From positions 11,460,007 through 11,524,006 of the forward strand of contig NW_003526943.1 in the NCBI RefSeq assembly GCF_000181795.1: a stretch of DNA of 64,000 bases, given 5' to 3'. The translations under genes were made by a program, and so were the position numbers. Under the pieces are notes generated by a model. The model made no database searches, was not told where the DNA came from, and saw nothing but the letters and a program-made list of their open reading frames with translations. Origin of the DNA: Trichinella spiralis (lineage: Eukaryota). Of this stretch, positions 50,211-61,319 are shown in pieces. The stretch's first letter is position 1. Each line of letters starts with the position of its first letter.

Positions 50211-53200
50211 TTAGTGATAACGATGCCTTCTGTAACGAACTTCAGATTTACGACGTGAACTAGTACGACCTGAATTAAAACTTATTAATCATATCATATT
50301 AAAAGTGAAATTGAAATAATTTTGAGTAAAATTTATAAAAATAAAATCAAAAAGCACATTTCAATTTAAATCTACTTTTTAAAATACCTTCTTCTTCGCT
50401 TGGATCCCATCGCCTTTCCGTTCTATGGGGCAAATCTACAAAATACACAATATTCCACATGAACATCACAGACAGCATCTTCCAATACGTCCAACTTACC
50501 TTCGTGGTTGCTGCTACCGTAGTATTGGGCATGTCGTTGTCTACTATTCCTATTATTATTGCGATTTTTGGTAGAAGAAGAAGCATAAGCTCTTTTCGAA
50601 TATTTCACAGTCTTCTTGTCCGGTTGACCACCATCACCACCACCACAACGGTCACTGACGTGGTCATCACGCTTTGAACGCTTCTTGCGATGATGACGCT
50701 TGCTTTCCTGGCGTGGCGGTGACAAAGACGACGACTGGTCACGGCTCTCATCGCTCCGGTGATGGTCACTACGACGACGACGACGATGGCGACGATGACG
50801 GCTGTGCTGACGGCGGCGACGGCGACGGTGTTTTTTCTTTTTTTTGCTTTTCGCACCGCTGCTAGCAGCAGCAGCAGTAGAAGCTGCTACTTTTCGATCT
50901 TTCTTCTTCCTTTTTCTCTTTTGCCTTTTACGCTTCTTCTTCTCCTTCTTTTCCGGTGAAGCAGAATGTAAACTTTGTTCCCGATCCCGATCCTGATCTT
51001 GATCCTCACTGTGATCCTCTTGATCATTTGGCTGTTCCTGCTGGTGACTGACCTTTTCTGTTGTCTGCTGCTTTTCGGGCTTCCCTTTGTCTTCTTCTTC
51101 TTCTTCTTCATTTGCATAAGCAGCACTGGCAACGACAACATCATCCCCATCACCACCATCACCACCACCACTATCATCATCATCAGCAACTGTCGTTGAC
51201 GCAGCATCAGCAGGCAATTTTGTAACGACGGCGTTCACAGGCGACGCTTTTGGCCTCTCGTCTCGGTTCCTCTTTTCCACTACATCATCGCCACCCTTCT
51301 TCGGCTGGTGCTCGTCCCTTTTCACTTCCTTGCTATTATTATTATTACTGCACTCACGGTGCAACTTTTTGTCGTGCGTTTTTTCTGCAACGTTTCTGCC
51401 TCTGGCATCCCCGCTGACCACAGCCGGCGGCTGACCGTGGTGCTTCTTCTTCTCGGCCTGCTGCTGTTGTTGCTGTTGCTGTTGCTGCTGCTGGCATCCG
51501 TTGTTTCTACGTGCTTTCAACTCGACCGTCGTCGTTGCTTTTGCATTGTTGCTTTTTGGTTGCTGCTGCTGGATGCTGTTGGCTTTCACCGACGCCGGCG
51601 TCGGTTCAGTGGCGCTTTTCTCGCACTCGGACAACGTGTAAACGTCAATTTCGGTTAATTCACAAAATTCCAACCGTTCCGAAACAAGCACATCGTCGTC
51701 ATTGTGGTGGTGATGGGCGCCGGCGACCGTCGTCGTAGTCGTCGTGGTCGCGGGCGACCGACGCTTGGAACCGCTGCTTTTCGGCGGCGTTGGCTTCCTT
51801 TTCAAACTCGAGTGATGCAAGTCGACATTTTCCTTGCCCTCAGCCGTGGACGACGACAACCTCCTCCTCTTCACACGATGCTGTTGTTGTTGTTGTTTAC
51901 TTGATCGTTTTGAACTGTGACGCCTGTCGGTAGCTTCAACTTTCCCACCACCATCACCACCAGCACAATCAACTGTCGCTGACGTGCTGGTGCCGCTGGT
52001 GGTGGCCACTTTTGCCGTAGACCTTTTAGTCTCTTGGCGATTGACGACGGGGATACTTTTCGACTGTTCACCGCCGCCAGTTGTTCTCACAACCGACTGC
52101 TCATTTTTGTTCGCATTTAATTCACCGCCGTCTGAAAATAAATACATGATTAAAAATATGTAAGTTGTAATTGCCAAAAAAATAAAATAAAATAACCTTG
52201 ATTATTCAAATTTGTAGGCTTCAGCGAAGCCTCTCTGGCCACTTCCTTGACCCCTACGTCGACGTTCTTCTTCCTTTTCGTATCTCTTGAGCGGTCCTTT
52301 GCATCTCTTGAGCCGTCCCTTGCATCTCTGCGTTGGTCACTTTTGTGATGCCGGTGGTCATTTTCATATTTCCTTTTTTCACCAACTCTTTTCTCTTCAA
52401 CGACAGCACCAACTCTTCTACCTCTCGAAGAATCATGACGATGTCTCGAAGTGCTACGTCTGAAATTTTAATTAATGAATTAATTTGTCCAATTACAAAA
52501 TGATTGATTATCAATTCATAAATCATATTTCATTTACCTCGACGAATAGCTCTTAGAAGACTCACGATAATGGTCTCGGGACGATTTTCTGTACGACGAC
52601 GAATGACGATGAGAACTTCTGTTGGAAACAAAACAAAAAAAATTATTGCAAAATAAAATTTAAAAAAACATATTCAAATAACAACAAACAATACCTGGAT
52701 CGCCTCCGTCGCCGCCGAGGGCTTCTGCTGCTATCGGATGACGTACGTCTCGGTGGTCTCAGACGATCCTTCAACGCTAAATAATCGTCCCATGCATCAC
52801 GGTCACGATAATTTCGACTAAACAATGAATAATGGTGATAAAATACAGAAATCAAAATCGCTGACAAACGTAATGGTGTAAAATCAATTTTCAACAAATC
52901 AATTAATACTTTGGTAAAAGATGACTTTTTTCCACGCAAAATGGCTTCTCATCAATCAACGGTCGTACGTTTGCCGGTGGAAAATGTGCCGAGAATGGAT
53001 CAATTTGCCCAGCAGAATATACTGAAAAAATGAAAATAAATTAATTTAAATTGTAAGCATGAACGACAACAACAAATGTTACAGTACATCCTGGTGGGGG
53101 AGGTTGGCTAGGAAATGGAGCTGCGAAAGGTCTGGCTGGCACAGCAACAGGAAGTACAGGCGGAGGAATGCTGAAATTGGAAAGTAGACAATAAAAATTT

Positions 53201-56200
53201 TCAGTAATTATTATTAAAATAAAATTCAAACCAACAACAACAATAATAATAATAATAATACCTGACAGGATAACTCGCTAAGCCTTGAAACCCTGGATAA
53301 TACGGTTGTGGCATGAAAGGAGGTAGGGTTGGTGGAAACACCGGAGCATTGGGTGAACTGAAATATAAAAAAATGAAATAAATAATAATCAACCGATTGA
53401 ACATCATCCCCATTGATTGAGCAGTCAGTTTTGGTGACTGAATCACAATTGCGCAAATTTGAAATTTCACTTCAAATTCGCAGATGAATATAGAACAAAT
53501 TTACAAATCAATTCTGCCATATATCAATTGAAAAAAATGTCAGAATTTTTTATTATCATTTTTGCTGAAAACAATTTTTCCATACGGTCGTGTTGTCTGT
53601 ATATGTATGGTTCAGTGAAAATTGTTCGCTCGTTCACTCCACGATTCATGCTTTTTGTGTATTGGCACAAAATTGAATAAAAAGCGATAAAACAAATCCT
53701 CGTCAAAAGTGAAATTAGTTATCGGCATCATCAAAAAAATCTTTTTCAATAAGAAATACGCAAAATAATGCATGTTCACAAAAAATGCATCGAAAAATAT
53801 TCATGCAATTATCCAAAAGAGACAGACGACTGTAAGGAAAAGAAGAGAAAAGCAAATGAGCCCCGACAACAGATTCGCCCGCCCTCTGCCCTGCCCCTCT
53901 GTCTTCGACGACAAGAAAAATTTCACATCTGCACAATGTGAATTCTGTAAAAAACATGATTCATTCGTGCAAAAGCTCAAAGAAGTAAAATTAAAAAAAT
54001 AGAACTTAAATTTTCAATTTAATGATATATATATATATATATATAAATTATAAGTCACTCGTTCGCACTGTTTTTCTCCATAAAATAAATATTTAAATAT
54101 ATATGTGTATATATGTATATGCGTTACTTTTCTTTTATTCGATCAAATAAAAAAATACTTTTCTGGTGAAAAGCAAAAAGGAAGAACGTACGATCCGTTG
54201 CTCGTTGCATTGGGGAAAAAGAGACGCAAAAGATAGAGACGAAAAAACACTAGAGAGGAAGAAATACACAATAACACCAACACAGGAGGAATAAAGAAAA
54301 TTTCCACATGTTACACACAGAGACATTTTTTCTCGTCTCACATATATGCTATGCTATGCTATGCTATGCACATATGTTGTGTCAATAATAACCGTTTTTT
54401 TTTATTTTCTTTTGATGAATGAATAAATGAATAAAATAAAAATAATAAAATTAAGTAAAATAAAAAAGTGAATGTGCTTTTTTTAAAAAAAAACAAAAAT
54501 AGTGAGAAAGTTTTTAAAAAAAAAACATTGCATGTGGGTGCATGATTGGTTGAGTGATTGATTTTGTTTGTAGATAGAAGATGGATAGATAAAAAAAACC
54601 ACGAAAAAGTAGTAAAAACTTGAAATAATATTTTTAAAAAAAAGAAAGAATAAAGGATTTAAATTAAAAAATCTTTAAAGAAACAGAGGAAGAGTAAAAA
54701 GAAAAATAATGAAGATGTAATTATTAAAAGATAACTCTTTCCGCTATGCTATTTGTGGAGAATTTCGCGAGTCGTCGTTGAACAATGGACGAAAAAGTGA
54801 ACAAAATATTATGCCGAAACGTCTTGCCACAGAACATTTGCATTCGACACGACAGATAAGACACACACTGTCTGCCGGCTTTGAAAAAGATTAGTTGCAT
54901 ACTTCGCTCTGAGAACGGCCGCTGGGGTTGCCATCACTGCACCACCACCACCAGTTCCGCCGTTGCCGCCACCAACATTATTACCATTAGCACCACCAAC
55001 GACAGCAGCATTGTTAGCATTGGAACCGGCGACGCCCAGAAACGTTGCCGCCGGCGATGCTGCCGTCATCGACGACATTACTGAGGATTTCAATGTTCCT
55101 CCTCCACTGGTAACGGTGGTCGCTGGAGAAATGCCAGTATTTTTTTGATTCAGCTTTGTTAGCGTATTGTTGTTGTTCACCGCTGTCGCATTGTTGCTGT
55201 GACTGGCAATACATCTGGGAACCATATGGGTCAATTTGGTCGACGAGCCAACAGCAATCGGATTCATCTTCTGCTCAACGCCGCCACCATGTCCTCCCAC
55301 GGTCGGCTTCACCGCTTTGGATGACAACAAATTTTCCCGCTTTGATGCAAAAGCCCCACTACCACCGCCGTCTTGGACCGCCGTGGTAATACCACCGGTG
55401 CTATTTTTCGCGACATTTTTGCAACCGACTGCATTGGACGTACTAAAAAAAGGAAAAAACAGCTTTAATTTGCATAAAACAACCACAACAACACAACACA
55501 TTGTTTTCCATATGCATACTTTGGCAACGGTTGAGGGCGTTTCATGGCTGCTGTTGCCATTGGAATGTGAACAGCGGCCGGCTTGTTTTGGCAATCCTTT
55601 TCTCGACGATATTTCAAAACCGCCATACGCAATTGACCATTCGGGATTAAAGAAGCTGCTGCAACGGCCGGTTCCTGACAATTCGGGCATTCCTGTTTAC
55701 CTACACAACAACAACATGTGATCTTATTTTTGAAAACAATATTTTCCTCTGCATATTGAAATGAATAATACGCTTTCGAAATTATGTTCAAAAATTTTGC
55801 AATTCGAATCCTACTTACTGAACATTCATTCATTCATTCCACTACGGACAAATTTGCATGAAAAATAAAAAAAGAAAAGATAACATTCCAACAGCTTGAA
55901 AAACCTTAACAATATTAGTTCGTTGTTGTTGCTATTAAAAAGCTCCTTGCAATCCTAGTTGCATTCTTTTTCTTCTATATATGTATGTTGTATACACACT
56001 GTCACACTATTTACAAAAACTTGAAATAACAAAAATAAAATTAACATTTCACACTGAATTCAATCTCACAAACACACACATACACTGCGGTAGGTAATAA
56101 CACTGATGCAATCAACTGAATTTTCACGTTTAGCAGATGAAATTTTTCCACCAAACTCATAACAAATAGTATATAGAAAATAAATTTCCAACTTTCGTGA

Positions 56201-57885
56201 AAAACAGAAAAAGAAAATTCCTACCTAACAAATGTTTGCGAATACACTGATCACAAAAGCTGAACCCGCAACAAGGAATCACCACCGCATCTTTCAGTAT
56301 ATTGTCGCACAATGAGCAAAGCAATTCAGTCGGAAGAGGCTCTTTTTCACTTGTCTCTGCTGGTTTTCCATGCGATTCGTCTTCTTCACTAATAAAAGGC
56401 TTTTCTTTCTTTCCAATTAAAAATGCATTTCTTTGGAGGAAAGCAGAAAAAAACAAACAAACAAAGCTTACAATACTAATAAACACTGCACTGAATTTAA
56501 ACAACAATCTTACTTGTGCAATACAGGGACCGCAAATGTGCCGATCGATGTCATCATCGCTTGGGGATCATCGGGTGTTGTTTCTAATAATTCATTCTTC
56601 GGTATGCCTGTTGTGCGCTTGACGTTCAACTAGGAAAAGAAAAAGCAAACCAAAATCAACCAATACAACAACAACAACAACAACAAGACCAATCTTACAG
56701 TAGGACAAAACTTTATCCAATGTCCAGTTTGCCCACAACGATTGCACAAGTACGACGGTGGCGGTGTACCAGTGAGCGTGACATTCTTTTTACAGTATCT
56801 ACAAAATGCTCACTCTCACTCTCACTCTCTCGCTTATTGATGAAAATTAGCGAAACTACACTTACTTTGATGGATCGTATTCTCGTGTCGATTCCTTTTC
56901 CATCAACTTGATACGCTCTTCTTCGGTCATATTTTTGCCAGTTTTCTGCACAACAAGCATTTTACTCGTCCGCGTAACGATTGCAAATTCATAAAATGCA
57001 AAACTTACCAACAACGAAGAAAATCCCACCAAATCATTGGAAGACTGAAATAAGCAAAAGTAAAAAGAGCATTGAAATCAAATCAAATCAAATCAACAAA
57101 ATTGAATTACACTGCTCGACACAACCACACCTTCAGTACTTCGATCCCTGGAAAGTGAATGTTTATAAATTTTCAAAATACAAATTAAAATGAAACAATT
57201 TACCAAACTTTTGGAAGTCGTCTTTGAGAGTCAGCTGGAACTCTTGCGACAACAACACTGGTGTGGCGCATAATTGGACCGCCATCTTCCGTATATTCTA
57301 CAATATTTTACCAATCACTGCACTGAATTTAAACATTCTCACCATATACAAATATGAAATATATAAATAAAAAAGCATGAAACAGGAAAATGCTTTTCAA
57401 TTAAACATAAAAGACAAAAATTTTCGATGTAAATAATAAAAAGAAATCACCAATTCAAATCAAAGTCATTTATTGGAACTGAAATGGTGATTTGATAAAA
57501 TGGAAATTTAAATTTAATGCTCAAGATTGAGACATTTTTTGTCGATTCAAATGTGGGTTAATAATTGAAAGTAGAAAAGAAACTGACTCTGACTAGACAT
57601 ACAAGAAAAACTCCAACTTAAATACTCGAAACAAAAAGCACTTAGAAAGTGAAATACAAAAGACAAAAATAGTACTGCTAGCACGTGCATTTGATAATGT
57701 TTTCCAGAGGGAAATATACCTTTTCCAGTCTGCGCGTTGGAAACTTTCAAGTCGAAATCTGCAGTGCGGATTCCTTCCTTTTCCAAAATTAAACGCTTCA
57801 AATTTGTGAGCGTAACACTGAGACCCTCGAACGAGACTGTCTTGTAGTCCAATGAGCTCTTGAATTTGTAATGTATGCATGACAT
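50211..57885 (-). CDS. RBBP6: RBBP6/SNAMA/Mpe1-like E3 ligase and 3'-end processing factor, multi-exon
   Basis: DWNN domain MSCIHYKFKSSLDYKTVSFEG...DFDLKVSNAQT. Zinc knuckle CAIVVGKLDIG region (56700-56760; in its coding frame C-NR-CGQTGHW..C). RING CSLCDNILKDAVVIPCCGFSFCDQCIR...CPNC. Followed by Pro-rich, RS-rich and Lys/Arg-rich regions. Stop at 50211-50213. Confidence 0.93.
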
Positions 57886-58492
57886 TACTGGAACTACAAG
57901 AAACAAAAACACAAACGCTGCTTCTACAACCAACTCACGTAAACAACAAAACAACAAAGCAGTACATTACTGTAATAATAGAACGATAGGTATTATCGGT
58001 ATACTGTAAAATAATTAATTTTAAATATTCAGTGTTCAAAATTAAAATAAATTTGAATTTATTTCATTAATTTTTGTTAAAAATGTCTTTATTATGTAAA
58101 AATTAAAGAAAATTTGAATTTTGAAAGAAATTTTGTTTGAACAAAGAAATGACTTTTGTTGAAAACAAAGGTTACGGTAATAAAATGGAGTGCAAGTTTG
58201 CTGAGTAAAATTTTGAAAAATATAAAATTAAAAATTAAATATAAAAAAGAGAAATAGAAACAGAAGGATAGAATTAAAATTTTCAACTAACATACGATTA
58301 AAATGAGGCAATGACTTTGGCAGTTGGTTGAATAAGCAAGAAAAAATGAGCAGAGAAAATTAAAAAGTATAAAAATAATAAATTAATAGCAAATGTTTGC
58401 TTCCTCAGCTATACATAATTACTAGAGTCAATATGTAATTTTCAGACGTTTGTATTTTTCTACTGGATAACTGAAAAATTATCATTTCTATA

Positions 58493-58767
58493 TGTAACGA
58501 GCCGCTCTCTCGGGCGGGTTTTTTTCCAGGTTCGCGCTTTCCCGGTAACATTATCGAAATCAAAATACAAGTAAACAACACAGCATTTATTAGCTGTCAC
58601 CGACTTGTCACAGTAAGATTACAACAACAATAATACACAAACCAACCAACGCACTACCGTAATCTTCCTTTTCCCTTCAAGTATACATCCGCGTACGGTA
58701 GCTTTATTCTTCTTCCACTTCCTTGTCTGGACAAGCGCAGTTGTTCGCTCAGTCCGTGTCCGCTATA
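58493..58767 (-). repeat. 3' LTR (~275 bp)
   Basis: TGT terminus; minus-strand AATAAA at 58586-58591; its right ~170 bp is repeated at 59952-60138. Confidence 0.8.
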
Positions 58768-59951
58768 TAACTTCCGTACCACCCTAGCTAACGCAACTTA
58801 GCTTCTTCCCAAACATTATCCGGCCGGGTGTGGCACCAGTGGTGTGGTGGACGGAAGGCCGGTAGGCCAGAAGCATCCGGTCGAGATGGTCATCCCAGTC
58901 CTCCGACTGGCCAACGGATACATTTGAAAGCATGTACAGTTACGGTCGAAAGTGGCGCGTAGCCCACACGATGGCTAGCATCTCCCGCTGCGTGGAACAG
59001 TACTTCTGCTCCGGTTGCGACAATGAGCGACTCGCATACGCTATCACCGCCGGAAGATTTTTATCGTTCAGATACGAAAGGACATCACCGAGAGCATCCT
59101 CACTCGCGTCAACGTCTAACAGAACAGTCCGTCGAAATGGTTCAGCCAGCAGCAGTAGTAGAAGAAGATGGGGCTGTGGAGGAAAGTGGTGGCCAAGAGA
59201 AGTCGGTGGTCGGTGAAAGTTCAGATTTGAGCGAAGAGCCTCAGGATAAAGGGAAGAAAAATACTGAGAGGCGAAAAGAAAAGCTGCTAAAAGCAGTAGT
59301 GCTACTATTACTTCTGGTGGTGGCAAGGGTAAAGCGGCGGCGGCAGTTTCCAGTAAGCCTATGCAGACGACTGCTGTTGACAAGAGTTCACGTGGCAGGA
59401 AGGTTGTTACTGACGTTGTCGACGTCGCTGGTGGGCGACAGAGTTGGTCGAGCGCCATCGAAGCGTAAAGCGCTCAGATCCATGAGCGAAGATGGTTCTG
59501 GTGAGGGCGGCGACCCGAGGAAGCGTTGCTCAGTTATGGTCGGTATGTCCGGGGCCCAAGCGACGTTGGCGTTCGCTTTGGCGTCCGCATTGGAAGATTT
59601 ATCCAACGGTGCCCAGAAGCGAAAGCACACCAGCTCCGAGATGTTCATTGAAGGAGAAGAAGTCAGAATCGTCGTCGGCTACAGTGGGCAACATCCTGGC
59701 CGCCGGTCAGTTGAGCAGCATGCCGACTGACAAGGCTGCGATGGAAAAGCCAAATTCTGAATCAGTGGCTCAAGTCGACCAGTGGAAGTCGGTTGCTGAA
59801 GATTAACAACAGCAGTTGTTCAGTGCTTCTAGCGAAGTTTCCACCGATGCAAAGGAGGATTCAGGAGCTCATGGAGCTGCGAAAACGAACGTTGAAACGG
59901 AAAATGGTGCCGAGATGGATGTCGATGAGAAGGTGGTTGAGAAAAAGAATC

Positions 59952-60138
59952 GTCACCGATTTGTCACAGTGCGATTCCAACACTACCATCATCATCAACA
60001 ACAGCAACAAACTCTAACCAACACACTACCGTAATTCTCCTTTTCCCTTCAAGTATACATCCGCATACGGTAGCTTCATTCTCTTCCACTTCGTTGTCTG
60101 TAGAAGTACAGTTGTTCGCTCAGTCCGTGCCCGCTACA
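59952..60138 (-). repeat. Truncated 5' LTR
   Basis: Diverged copy of 58596-58767 (e.g. shared ttttcccttcaagtatacatccgc and cagttgttcgctcagtccgtg), ending in ACA. Confidence 0.8.
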
Positions 60139-61319
60139 TATTGTTTGTTATTTGCTTTATTTTTATCTATCGTATTGTTTTGAAAATTTAATTTTCTTAA
60201 TGTACTGTGACGGCAAACTGAAAAAGACGATTATTTATTTTGTGTGGAATAATATAATAAAAATGGACTACAGCAAGAAAGACCACAGTGCATGATTGAT
60301 TGTAAATGACAAAGAATCAAATAGTCGGCGAAATTAATTTCAATTAAAATTAAATTTTCAACATTTCATAATAAATATTCCTTCCATCTGTATCAGACGA
60401 GTCTCTGGGCGAAGACTAGTAAATTATGAGTGATGAGTTGTCGGATTATTTATTCCATTAAATTGAATGAATGAATTTGGAATATTCAAACAAACACAAT
60501 ATTCACTCGAAAAGCAGATTAGTTTTTATTGGTTATTAAAAGTGCAATTTTGATAAAAGTAGTCAGTCGTTTGACGACGACGTCAACGCATGTCTAAAAT
60601 CAAAAACCAACATACGCTGCTAAAAATGAATAAACAAAAACGAAAAATTGTAGATTGTATTGTAAAAAAAAGCTGCAATTGAGGAATATTTTTGCTTTTG
60701 TTCAGTTGTCAAGGTAAAAAGAAAAAAAGAAGAAGCAAGCTTCAAGCGAGCTGCAGCACTGCAGTGGTAGGGGACGGATGTGAAAGTATGAAAAGAGAAG
60801 AGACCACCGATTCAACATATCTTTCTGATCATATCCATCAGAAAATGAACATTAAGTTCAGGTTAGGCTAGGATATGCTAGCCAAGCACCCATTTTGAAA
60901 ATTATTAAAGCCAAAAAAGTATTATTTTTAAAAAATTATAATAGCTAATTTTTTTGTCGTTGGACAATTTGCACACATTCGCCAGTGGTGTCATAGACAG
61001 AAAGAGAGAGAGACAGAGATAGAGAGAGAGGGGCGGGGGTGAAAGAATAACAGTAAAAAATTATGTATCAACAAAAAATCAGAGATACATAATAAAGTTA
61101 AAGCGTGTAAGCAACAACTAGAAAATACAACAACAACAACAACAACAACAAAGAACAATTAAGATGGTGATAAACAGAAATCAATTTAACAAACGAAAAT
61201 AAATTAACAATTAAATAATGAATGAATATGAAAAAAAAGATTATTTATTTACAAAGAAAGAAGATGCAACTTCAAATCACTGCAGTGCCCCCAGCTAGTT
61301 ATCCAGTCTAGCTTTGCTG

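Larger units (their letters stand above)
58493..60138 (-). mobile_element. Deleted Ty3/gypsy LTR retrotransposon with two LTR copies
   Basis: Begins TGTAACG at 58493 and ends CGCTACA at 60138. Direct repeat 58596-58767 vs 59952-60138. On the minus strand, RNase H ([52 protein letters not shown]) is followed by an integrase fragment (DWDDHLDRMLLAYRPSVHHTTGATPGRIMFG), i.e. gypsy domain order. Confidence 0.9.

Noticed and set aside
57469..57718. Read-through of RBBP6 intron 1 with downstream AATAAA as a DWNN-only isoform
   Set aside because: It would truncate the DWNN domain itself, and AATAAA is common in this AT-rich DNA.
59023..59730. 235-aa plus-strand ORF as a host gene
   Set aside because: It starts antisense within the gypsy RNase H and lies between the LTR copies; treated as part of the chimeric element.
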